From: a plasmid
Sequence record: LC546831.1
Length of the DNA stretch: 64,000 nucleotides
Direction: 5' to 3' (one strand)
A program made the translations under genes and the position numbers. The notes beneath the pieces were generated by a model, which was not told the DNA's origin, searched no databases, and worked only from the letters and a program-made list of their open reading frames with translations. Shown here one piece after another: positions 19,026 to 27,397 of the stretch. Numbering within the stretch: position 1 is the stretch's first letter; every line of letters starts with the position of its first letter.

Positions 19026-19048
19026 GCGCCTGGCGGCGCCTTTTTCTT
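19026..19048 (+). terminator. Rho-independent terminator
   Basis: GCGCCTGGCGGCGCC followed by TTTTTCTTG. Confidence 0.6.
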
Positions 19049-19237
19049 GTCTGCTTATTGACCTGGCCCCTTTCCGCTCGTTAGGAAGCTTATCCACTCG
19101 GTGCGATGTGCATTCATTAGTGTCGGGAATTCGCTGCGTGTTTAAGCTGCGGGGTAGCATCGGGTCTTTTCCTGGTTGGATTCGGCGTTTTCCTCGTTTT
19201 GAATACTGTGCCAACAGCTGCAAAAAACAATACGCCA

Positions 19238-19681
19238 GCTGGCGCTTCCTTCGGTGGCAGGCCGCAAGCGTCCAGCCATCAAGCCCTACTCGACTAATCG
19301 CCCGCCGGCGGGCGCCAAGTCTCGCCGAACTCCTTCGGGTTTCGGGCCGGCCGGCTAGGGTCTGAAAGCCAGGGTCAACAACCTGCGCTTGCAGCCGGCT
19401 ATGCCGGCGCCACTTTCACTGTTCGCCGCTGTGCCGGCGATCGCTAAGGGCGCCCCGGCGTTTCGCCGGGTCGGGTATGTTCCTGCTCATCTCACCGTTG
19501 GTTATCTCTCATCGGCCTCACGCGGCCGCTTTTGTAGCACCGTCGCCCGGTTGCCCGCAAGGGAGGATAAATCGCCGCAAGCGGCGCCCTTGCTGTCCCC
19601 CGTTCGCCGTCGCTACTTCCGCTTTTTCGCCGCGCAAGGTTCCGACGAGAGATAGATAACCCACCCAGCAAGGAGAACAGC
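19238..19681 (+). repeat. Structured leading-region repeat copy 2 (candidate Frpo/ssi-type ssDNA promoter)
   Basis: About 445 bp, near-identical to copies 3 and 4. Dense inverted repeats, e.g. GGTTATCTCTCATCGG pairing with CCGACGAGAGATAGATAACC. Ends at the ATG of a + strand ORF. Confidence 0.55.
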
Positions 19682-20128
19682 ATGAACACACAGAACGTCA
19701 ACATCAACGTCAACACCGCCACGAAGGAACACTCTGGGAGATATGAAACGGCGGGATTGTGCGAACCAGAGGCCCCGGAGCCTTGGGAAAAGCCCGGCGT
19801 GCAATATCCTGCTGCCGTGCGCGCGTTGGAAATGGAGTTTATTTACTTAGACGACCTGAATGAACTGTATGCGCAAAGCAGCACGTCACCCGACGAGCTG
19901 GAGCAGGCTCTCTATGTGATTTTCGGCCGAATGACAGAGCTTGTCCAAAGCTGCGGGGCTGATTATAAGCAGCCTGACAAGCCGAGGGTTTCATACGAGA
20001 TGGCCAAATACTGGATCAGGGGGCAACGGGTAGCGCAGCAATGTTTCGGGGAAATCGGTCAGCGCGCCTGGGAGCATGCACGTTACAGACTGGCGTTCGA
20101 GTTGGCGGTGGAGTATTCGTACAACTGA
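19682..20128 (+). CDS. Hypothetical protein (148 aa). N-terminus MNTQNVNINVNTATKEHSGRY is encoded within the repeat
   Basis: ORF with RBS AAGGAG. Shares DKPRV.Y...W...C.E.G motif with the 23757 ORF. Confidence 0.5.
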   Translation: MNTQNVNINVNTATKEHSGRYETAGLCEPEAPEPWEKPGVQYPAAVRALEMEFIYLDDLNELYAQSSTSPDELEQALYVIFGRMTELVQSCGADYKQPDKPRVSYEMAKYWIRGQRVAQQCFGEIGQRAWEHARYRLAFELAVEYSYN

Positions 20129-20151
20129 CCAGCTTAAAGATATTTTTATCA

Positions 20152-20176
20152 AAAAGACCTGTTAACAGGTCTTTTG
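20152..20176 (+). terminator. Rho-independent terminator
   Basis: AAAAAGACCTGTTAACAGGTCTTTT perfect hairpin. Confidence 0.6.
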
Positions 20177-20224
20177 GGTGATATAATAAGACCTGTTAAG
20201 TGGTCATATTAAGTCGAGGATACT

Positions 20225-20476
20225 ATGCCAAATATCATTCTGAGTGACACAAGTGCGAGCATCAGCGAGCTGAAGAAAAACCCTATGGAAACCGTTGGCG
20301 CCGGTGCCGGTTTTCCAGTGGCCATCCTGAACCGCAATCAGCCTGCATTCTATTGCGTGCCGGCGGCGCTCTATGAGCAAATGCTCGATGCCCTCGATGA
20401 TCAGGATCTGGTGAGATTGGTCAATGAGCGCCGTAGCGAAGCGCTGGTTGATATCGATCTGGATCAGTTCGCATGA
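20225..20476 (+). CDS. Phd/YefM (StbD-like) antitoxin
   Basis: 83 aa. 4-nt overlap with the downstream RelE-like gene. N-terminal fold typical of Phd/YefM. Confidence 0.7.
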   Translation: MPNIILSDTSASISELKKNPMETVGAGAGFPVAILNRNQPAFYCVPAALYEQMLDALDDQDLVRLVNERRSEALVDIDLDQFA

Positions 20477-20760
20477 CGTATACGGTCAAATTTCGTGAAT
20501 CCGCGCTGAAAGAGTGGGGCAAGCTGGACAAGTCGCTACAGCAGCAGTTCGCTAAAAAGCTGAAAAAATGCTGCGAGAACCCGCATATACCCTCGGCAAA
20601 ACTACGGGGGATGCCGGGGTGTTACAAAATCAAGCTGCGCGCCTCGGGTTTTCGTCTGGTTTATGAGGTGATCGACGATTGCCTGATTATCGCGGTGGTT
20701 GCCGTTGGCAAACGTGAGCGCGGTGATGTGTACCAGTTGGCCAGCGAACGTCTTAAGTGA
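20473..20760 (+). CDS. RelE/ParE-superfamily toxin (StbE/RelE-like)
   Basis: 95 aa. RLVYEVIDDCLIIAVVAVGKRERGDVY C-terminal block typical of RelE/StbE. Confidence 0.7.
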   Translation: MTYTVKFRESALKEWGKLDKSLQQQFAKKLKKCCENPHIPSAKLRGMPGCYKIKLRASGFRLVYEVIDDCLIIAVVAVGKRERGDVYQLASERLK

Positions 20761-20766
20761 ACAGAT

Positions 20767-21090
20767 GTGCCTAAGCACAAGAGCTATTCAAATGAGGTGA
20801 GGTTAATAACAATGCTGGTATTGGGATTAGTTGGTTTCTTGGTGTGGATGCTTTCAATTCTTTATATTGGATTTTCAGCAACCATACTTTGGTCGTGGTT
20901 TATTGTGCCTTTTGGCATAACGCCTATCAATTTGGCGTGGGCTATCGGCCTAGCTTGCCTGTTTGGATTGGGAAGGGGAATTCCCCGTTCGTCAGAAGAT
21001 AATGATAAATTATTTTCAGAATTGCTGATGCCGTATATAAGTACAACATTACTTCTTATTATTGGGTATATTTCGCATATTTTTATGTAA
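20767..21090 (+). CDS. Small membrane protein on a low-GC insert (about 100 aa)
   Basis: Three hydrophobic helices. Very AT-rich. Confidence 0.4.
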   Translation: MPKHKSYSNEVRLITMLVLGLVGFLVWMLSILYIGFSATILWSWFIVPFGITPINLAWAIGLACLFGLGRGIPRSSEDNDKLFSELLMPYISTTLLLIIGYISHIFM

Positions 21091-21095
21091 ACAAT

Positions 21096-21584
21096 ATGAT
21101 AGGTGAAAAAATGAAGACGATCAGACCGGAAATTTTTGAGAAGCTTCGAGACAAGTCAACCGCGGCGAAATACCTGCAGCCCGGCAAATGTGGTTTTCAT
21201 ACTGCGACAGGTTCCCGCCGATTGTTCATCGGGGAGACAACTCGCCAATACTGGACGCGCGAAAAGTATGAAAGCCCCGAGGTCGGGAACACGGAAGCCT
21301 ATGTAAACTACAGACTCGACCAGGCATCAGGTGATCTTGCTCCGGAGGAAAGAGAGGTTCCCGTTTGCCTGAAGGGGGAGGAAGGGGATGAGCATACGCC
21401 GGTGCTTTGCTATATGACGTTGCCGGTGAAAAAGAAGGGGGTTACTACTGAGGAATTCCTGGCGGAAGTCGAAGACAAGCTGACACTGACGCTGGCCGTT
21501 CAGTATGTCTATGATTGCCTGGAGGCTGAACGGCGAGAGCGCGCTACCGGCGGGTCTGATGAGATTATCATCAATGACTTCTGA
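21096..21584 (+). CDS. Hypothetical protein (162 aa, acidic)
   Basis: ORF with RBS. Confidence 0.45.
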   Translation: MIGEKMKTIRPEIFEKLRDKSTAAKYLQPGKCGFHTATGSRRLFIGETTRQYWTREKYESPEVGNTEAYVNYRLDQASGDLAPEEREVPVCLKGEEGDEHTPVLCYMTLPVKKKGVTTEEFLAEVEDKLTLTLAVQYVYDCLEAERRERATGGSDEIIINDF

Positions 21585-21598
21585 TAGGGAGGTATAGA

Positions 21599-21952
21599 GT
21601 GGGGAAAAATGTCTTTACTATTAAACATGAATACTCAAATATCGACTTCTCCGCACTGACTGATTCAGAGTTGACGGAGTTGATAAAACGCGCAATGACT
21701 GAATTTCAAAACAGACTGAATAATCCTGTATTTGAAAATAGAAGAGAAGAAAGGAAGGTTGTATATTCACCTTCGGCGCGACAATTGACATTTATAGAAA
21801 ATTGTCTTTCAGGTGGATATGTTCACGCATCAATGAAAGACGAGTATAAAGCATTAGCTAAAGAGTTTTCGGAATGGTTCACGAGTAAGGGATACCCTAC
21901 AGATTTACGGGGTTCTGATTTTGAGCGCTGGAAACGCTATTACCAAAAGTGA
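21599..21952 (+). CDS. Hypothetical protein (117 aa)
   Basis: ORF with RBS GGGAGG. Confidence 0.45.
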   Translation: MGKNVFTIKHEYSNIDFSALTDSELTELIKRAMTEFQNRLNNPVFENRREERKVVYSPSARQLTFIENCLSGGYVHASMKDEYKALAKEFSEWFTSKGYPTDLRGSDFERWKRYYQK

Positions 21953-22172
21953 GTATGTAATCTTTACACTGCCGAACAGGCAGCTTAGAAACTCTGGGTT
22001 AATAACGAAAATATACTGCCGTACAGGCAGATGCATCAATATTCAGCGAGTATATTAACAACAAAAAAAAGCACCTGATGGGTGTTTTTTTGGTTTTCAT
22101 GTGCACCTGTTAGGTGTATTATTGCATTGTTGTTAAGCAGATGACAATTTTCAATAAAAGAGGGTGAAGAAT

Positions 22173-22412
22173 ATGTCTAAATATCAACTCCGTAAGCTAA
22201 ATGTAAACTCTTTAGCGGTTTCCTACGATACCAAAAAAGAGTTCGATAATTTTTCTACACTGCGTGACGCAATTAATGCTGATAAAAGTCTGTTCTTTGG
22301 GAAAGGCTTCCATGTGTTGGACACAGATAACAATATCATCTTCGATGATAAGGCTGTGGAGCATTTAGGCGCTCAATTTACGCTGAAGCAGGCAATTTTT
22401 AACTATAGCTGA
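22173..22412 (+). CDS. Hypothetical protein (about 80 aa)
   Basis: ORF with RBS AGAGGGTGAAG. Confidence 0.4.
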   Translation: MSKYQLRKLNVNSLAVSYDTKKEFDNFSTLRDAINADKSLFFGKGFHVLDTDNNIIFDDKAVEHLGAQFTLKQAIFNYS

Positions 22413-22421
22413 GGTGAGAGT

Positions 22422-22952
22422 ATGAACGCGGACGAGTTTAAAAGAATTGTCCTGCAGAATGGGCCGGTATTGCAAGCGTGTAAAAAGCCTAAAACCCTTG
22501 TAGAAGCGATGACCTCCAATTTTGCATTGGCGAATAGTGACATTAATTGGAAATTTCATAGCGGATTGGCTTTTGCCTGGCTTATGGGGAGCACGGTTGC
22601 CGCTTCTAGACTGAATCGTCTAAACAAGAATCGTCGATCGACAGTGCCCTTTTGTGAGGCGTGGGGCAGGGTGGCCAAACGGGATAACGGAAAGATCCAT
22701 ATTAATGAACGACGATTCACGCGCTGGTTATCGGTCGCGACGAACGACCTGGAAAAGTTTTATCAGGAAACCCTGAGAGCAATCGATGCGATGGATACCT
22801 ATTCCTCCCCGTTTTCGGTCGCTTCGTTGTATGAGCTCGCTCAGGATCTGGATAACGACTTCTATTACCAAAATAGCGAGCTTGAGCAAAAAGCCGTTGA
22901 ACGCTTTCGGGTGATCGCTGCAGAGCAATTCCTCAATGGCCAGGGTGCCTGA
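22422..22952 (+). CDS. Hypothetical protein (176 aa)
   Basis: ORF with RBS GAGGTGAGAG. Confidence 0.45.
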   Translation: MNADEFKRIVLQNGPVLQACKKPKTLVEAMTSNFALANSDINWKFHSGLAFAWLMGSTVAASRLNRLNKNRRSTVPFCEAWGRVAKRDNGKIHINERRFTRWLSVATNDLEKFYQETLRAIDAMDTYSSPFSVASLYELAQDLDNDFYYQNSELEQKAVERFRVIAAEQFLNGQGA

Positions 22953-23024
22953 ATGAGCTGTATGTTCCCCACGTCAGTGGGGTGAGTGTTACGTTCCCCG
23001 CGACAGTGGGGAGGAAATCGTATT

Positions 23025-23252
23025 ATGCATAATGAAATATTGTCTGAAGCCCAGGCTGCTCTGGGCCTGAACAAGCAGGATATGGCGCGCGCCCTGGGCG
23101 TTCATTACAACACCTACGGAAAGTGGTCGCGCGGTGAGCAAAATCCGCCGGCGGCCGTTTATACCGCAATTAACATGCTTCTTTTTCTTAAAGAAAAACA
23201 GCTTGTTGCGGAGTGGCTTTACAGGAATGAATCTTTCAAACAGATTCGGTGA
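23025..23252 (+). CDS. XRE-family HTH transcriptional regulator (about 75 aa)
   Basis: QDMARALGVHYNTYGKWSRGEQNP helix-turn-helix. Confidence 0.55.
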   Translation: MHNEILSEAQAALGLNKQDMARALGVHYNTYGKWSRGEQNPPAAVYTAINMLLFLKEKQLVAEWLYRNESFKQIR

Positions 23253-23299
23253 TCTGCCGATCGCCGGTGCCTATCAAAATACCTTTCTTAAACTTCCTA

Positions 23300-23756
23300 T
23301 GAGCTTCCTCCGGTGGCCGGCCGCAAGCGTCCAGCCATCGAGCCCTACTCGACTAGCCGCCCGCGCGCGGGCGCCAAGTCTCACCGAACCCGCGTAGCGG
23401 TTTCGGGCCTGCCGGCTAAGGTCTGAAAGCCAACATCAACAACACCAAGGTCAACAGCATGCGCTTGCTGCCGGCGATGCCGGCGCCGCTTTAACTGTTC
23501 GTCGCCTGGCGACGAACGTTGAGGACGCCCCGGCGTTTCGCCGTGTCGGGTGTGTTCCTGCTCATCTCACCGGTGGTTATCTCTCATCGGCCCTTACGCG
23601 GCCGCTTTTGTAGCACCGTCGCCCGCGTGCCCGCAAGGGTGAAATGCACGCCGCAAGCGGCGCCCTTGCGTTCCCCCGTTCGCCGTCGCTACGTCAGCTT
23701 TTCGCCGCGCAAGGTTCCGACGAGAGATAAATCAACCACCGAAGAGGGATACCAGC
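23300..23756 (+). repeat. Structured leading-region repeat copy 3 (candidate ssDNA promoter)
   Basis: Aligns with copies 2 and 4 along its whole length. Confidence 0.55.
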
Positions 23757-24179
23757 ATGAACACACAAAACGTCAACGTCAAAACCGCCACGAAGGAACG
23801 CTCTGAAAGATATGGGTGGACGGAAGCCTATGGTTGGGGCTTGTCGCCTGCTGAACGCATTTCTGAGCAACAGGGCTATCTGAAAGAGCTGCGCCATTTT
23901 AACGATCAGTGGAAACCGGAAAGAGCGCAGCGGCTGATGGAACTGCTGATGACCATCGCCGATAACGTGCTGGACTCGGTGACGAACTGGAAAGACGTGG
24001 GCGCTTTTGGTGATAAACCCCGCGTTCCTTACATGATCGTTCGTTGCTGGCTGGACGCGATGGCGTTGGCGCCAGAGATGTGCGGCGAAATGGGCAGCAA
24101 CGCCGTGGCGTATGTGCTCGAAAAATTGGAGGGGAAATTTGAGTTTGAATGCGCGATGACCCGGATGGATCACCCATAA
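23757..24179 (+). CDS. Hypothetical protein (140 aa), N-terminus MNTQNVNVKTATKERSERY. Paralog of the 19682 ORF
   Basis: Shared N-terminus and DKPRVPY motif. Confidence 0.5.
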   Translation: MNTQNVNVKTATKERSERYGWTEAYGWGLSPAERISEQQGYLKELRHFNDQWKPERAQRLMELLMTIADNVLDSVTNWKDVGAFGDKPRVPYMIVRCWLDAMALAPEMCGEMGSNAVAYVLEKLEGKFEFECAMTRMDHP

Positions 24180-24238
24180 ATTTTACCGGCCGGGCGGCGG
24201 TGCTGCTGCCCGGCCTATCACGAGAAGGAGATAAGACT

Positions 24239-24655
24239 ATGAAACAGAGCATCAACACCGCCGCCAAAGGATCGCCTGATGATTGGGATGTAAAAGCCTG
24301 CCTGTTCGTTACTCAAGAGATCGGCCGCTTTTCTGTCAAATTCTCGGCGCCTTGCATCGGGGGCACTGTGAACCTGAGTTGCAGCCACATCACCAACGCC
24401 TGCAATCCATTTGATGCAGTAATGCGATTTGCGCACGAAACCAGCGCGAAGGGCTGCACGGTGTACGCCGTGGAACAGGTCGAGCCTGTGCGCCCTGTTT
24501 GCCTGAGCACAGCCGGGTATCGCTTTATGCAAAAAGGCTTCATCTGGCTGTGTCTTGATACCGGCGTGATCGTCGAAGTGTCAGAGGATGGCCGGATGCG
24601 GCGCGGGGATGATGGCTGCACGTTGCCGTACTACGGCACGTTAACCCGCATTTAA
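24239..24655 (+). CDS. Cysteine-rich hypothetical protein (138 aa, start taken at MKQSIN)
   Basis: RBS GAGAAGGAG. 10 Cys residues. Confidence 0.45.
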   Translation: MKQSINTAAKGSPDDWDVKACLFVTQEIGRFSVKFSAPCIGGTVNLSCSHITNACNPFDAVMRFAHETSAKGCTVYAVEQVEPVRPVCLSTAGYRFMQKGFIWLCLDTGVIVEVSEDGRMRRGDDGCTLPYYGTLTRI

Positions 24656-24690
24656 CCGATGGAAAACCACCCTAACAGAGGAGAAAAACG

Positions 24691-25038
24691 ATGTATCAGA
24701 CCGAAATCAGCACTGAAAACCGCATGTTGTGGGATGCCAGCACCGAGGCCTCTTATTGGCAGCTAAGGGAGCAAGAAGCACGCACAGAAATCGTGGAGAT
24801 CACCCTGACGGAGTTTATGGACGCGATCGCGGTGTTGTACCCGAAAGACTGGGAGGGAGACGCACATAGCGAAACTTTCAAGCTGGCCGAAATGTACTGC
24901 GGGGACGTTACCTACATTTTCGCCAAAGTCGGCGATCGCTATTTTAAGTTCCGTGACGTGGTGACGTTATCGCATAGCGCCATTTTGGCGCGGATCAATA
25001 AGGAGGTGCTAAACCGGGAAACGAAGACTCAGAAATGA
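24691..25038 (+). CDS. Hypothetical protein (115 aa)
   Basis: RBS AGAGGAG. Confidence 0.45.
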   Translation: MYQTEISTENRMLWDASTEASYWQLREQEARTEIVEITLTEFMDAIAVLYPKDWEGDAHSETFKLAEMYCGDVTYIFAKVGDRYFKFRDVVTLSHSAILARINKEVLNRETKTQK

Positions 25039-25125
25039 AAAAAGCAGCGTTTCCGCTGCTCTCTCATGCCGGTTTACCCCTGAGAAAGCTAGACCGGCGT
25101 TCTATCAAACTACATGGAGTATCGA

Positions 25126-25391
25126 CCATGAAATCGAAAGACCCGAGCATCATGACAGTAACTGACGAGTATGTAAAGCGCCTGCAGGCAGAGTGCGATC
25201 ATGTGAAGCGCCAGCGGCGGATCGCGCGCGGCGATATAGCCGCCGCCGACGTCGATCCGGATCTGCGGTCGTTCGGGCGTCATATCGCCGGGTGTGTCCG
25301 CAAGGGCAAATCAGTCCGGGTGCCGTCGATGCGGGGCAGTGAGTGGGGGCACGTTCTGCGTGCGCTGGAGTTAACGCGGGCAATGGCCTGA
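25126..25391 (+). CDS. Hypothetical small basic protein (start uncertain, 25035 or 25126)
   Basis: ORF followed by the hairpin GCCCCGAAACCGGGGC. Confidence 0.35.
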
Positions 25392-25443
25392 TAACGCGAG
25401 CCGCCCCGAAACCGGGGCGGCTATTCACTGACCCGGAGGTTAA

Positions 25444-26244
25444 TTGATGTCACAACTCTCTTTTGATGCCCTGTTTTCTGTGCCCGTCGATGCGGTGCGC
25501 CCGGCGGAAAAGAACGTCAGGGCTGATGCTTTAGAACAGCCAAAACCCGCCGACCCTGTACCAGGACGGAAACGGACAATCACCGGCGATGATCCGCGGA
25601 AGGCGTTTTTGAGTACGTTTCGTGAAACGGCGCGTAATCACCATCGGTACGAGGTTTTCAGCGATTTCGTGAAGTTGGCGGCCTGTGCTTTGGAGAATGC
25701 CTGTTTAAAGTCGCCGGATATCGAGGCGGAGTATATGGCCACAATACAACGCTATGAGAAGGCAGACGCGCAGCGCATGGCGCAGCTGCTTTCGTGGCTG
25801 GTCATCGGGCTGGAGCAGAATATGGGGGATTTTCTCGGCTCACTGTTTATGGAGCTGGAGCTGGGCAGCGGCCACATCGGCCAGTTTTTCACGCCGTTCC
25901 ATCTTTCTGAGCTGATGGCGGGACTGGTGGCCGGTGATCGGCTGGCGGCGCTGGAAAATGAGCCGTATATCACGCTGTCCGAACCGACCAGCGGCGCGGG
26001 CGGGATGGTGATCGCGTTTGCCAAAGTGATGCTGGCGCGCGGCTATAACCCGCAAACGCAGCTGCGCGCCGACTGCGTGGACATCGATCCGGTGGCGGCG
26101 CGGATGTGTTACATCCAGCTGTCGCTGTTGGGTATCCCGGCGCGCGTGGTGATCGGCAACAGCCTGACACTGAAGTATCAGCGCGAGATGTATACACCGT
26201 TTTGGTATCGCGTGACGTCCACGCGCTGGCCGATGTATCGCTAA
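25444..26244 (+). CDS. HsdM/N6-MTase-like protein. Has motifs FFTP and SGAGG but no recognisable NPPY/DPPY catalytic motif
   Basis: GQFFTPFHLSELMAG and SEPTSGAGGMV. VVIGNSLT sits where NPPF would be expected. Confidence 0.5.
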   Translation: MMSQLSFDALFSVPVDAVRPAEKNVRADALEQPKPADPVPGRKRTITGDDPRKAFLSTFRETARNHHRYEVFSDFVKLAACALENACLKSPDIEAEYMATIQRYEKADAQRMAQLLSWLVIGLEQNMGDFLGSLFMELELGSGHIGQFFTPFHLSELMAGLVAGDRLAALENEPYITLSEPTSGAGGMVIAFAKVMLARGYNPQTQLRADCVDIDPVAARMCYIQLSLLGIPARVVIGNSLTLKYQREMYTPFWYRVTSTRWPMYR

Positions 26245-26580
26245 CAACAGAGGCGGGCAGGGGGATCCTGCCCGATAACGCATGGCAGAAGAAAATGAAA
26301 CGCCGGCGTTACTGGGCGAATTGACCGACCGGGGCGGGAACCGCTAGGCACTGTGCAACTCGACGCCTGAAGGATGCGGTGCACTATTACGCGTGAGCCT
26401 GGCAGCAAAGAGGGTGCCGGTACAAAAGGCAGAATAAGAACAGAGTACGGCGCCTGCGGCGCCGTTCTTATTCCTCATTCCCGTTCTGAGTGTGCCCACT
26501 TGTTATGTCGGCATGTACTTGTTTGTCGTCCTACCACTCTTATTTCCCCGCACCAGGTGTAAAAAACCATTCCACAAGAA

Positions 26581-27028
26581 CTGGCGCTTCCTTCGGTGGC
26601 CGGTCGCAAGCGCCCAGCCATCAAGCCCTACTCGACTAGCCGCCCGCGCGCGGTCGCCAAGTCTCGCCGAACCCCTTCGGGTTTCGGGCCAGCCGGCTAG
26701 GGTCTGAAAGCCAACATCAAGGTCAACCCCCTACGCTTGCAGCCGGCGATGCCGGCGCCGCTTTAACTGTTCGTTGCCTGGCAACGAACGCTAAGGACGC
26801 CCCGGCTTGTCGCCGTGTCGGGTGCGTACCTGCTCATATTGCCGGTGGCTATCTCTCATCGGCCCTTACGCGGCCGCTTTTGTAGCACCGTCGCCCGGTT
26901 GCCCGCAAGGGTGAAATGCACGCCGCAAGCGGCGCCCTTGCTGTCCCCCGTTCGCCGTCGCTACGTCAGCTTTTTGCCGCGCAAGGTTCCGACGAGAGAT
27001 AGATAACCCACCCAGGAAGGAGAACAGC
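26581..27028 (+). repeat. Structured leading-region repeat copy 4 (candidate ssDNA promoter)
   Basis: Near-identical to copies 2 and 3. Confidence 0.55.
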
Positions 27029-27313
27029 ATGAACACACGAAACGTCAAAGTCCAAACCGCCACGAAGGAACACTCTGAAAGATACGGGGAAAAGATCATC
27101 GCTGATTTGGATTCGTTGCTGCAGAAAACAAGCCGGGCGCTGTTTAAGTTTCAGAAAAATGCGAACAGAAGTGCACTCGGCATTCAAACAGCTGCGCTGA
27201 GCCAGGAACTTGAAATATTGGTGAAGGGAGTACCGGCCATCCCGGATATTCAGGAAAGAGTGAATAAGGTGGCCGAACTGCTGCACATTATGGAAGATTT
27301 TTCGGCCCAATAA
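27029..27313 (+). CDS. Hypothetical protein (94 aa), N-terminus MNTRNVKVQTATKEHSERY
   Basis: N-terminus encoded within the repeat. Rest unrelated to the other two. Confidence 0.5.
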   Translation: MNTRNVKVQTATKEHSERYGEKIIADLDSLLQKTSRALFKFQKNANRSALGIQTAALSQELEILVKGVPAIPDIQERVNKVAELLHIMEDFSAQ

Positions 27314-27397
27314 TAACAGTGGCCATTTAATTAGTGAGTAAGGCTGGTTAATCCAGCTATTCACCGCACACATACATCAGAAAGAAAGGAGAATATC

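Noticed and set aside
22164-22412. GTG start at 22164 for the 82-aa ORF
   Set aside because: The ATG at 22173 has the better-spaced RBS. Minor.
19238-27028. Considered whether the ~450-bp repeats are CRISPR, IS, MITE or retron ncRNA
   Set aside because: Only four copies spaced about 3-4 kb apart, far longer than CRISPR repeats. No transposase or reverse transcriptase nearby. Each copy is precisely fused to an ORF start. ssDNA-promoter-like elements is the better reading.
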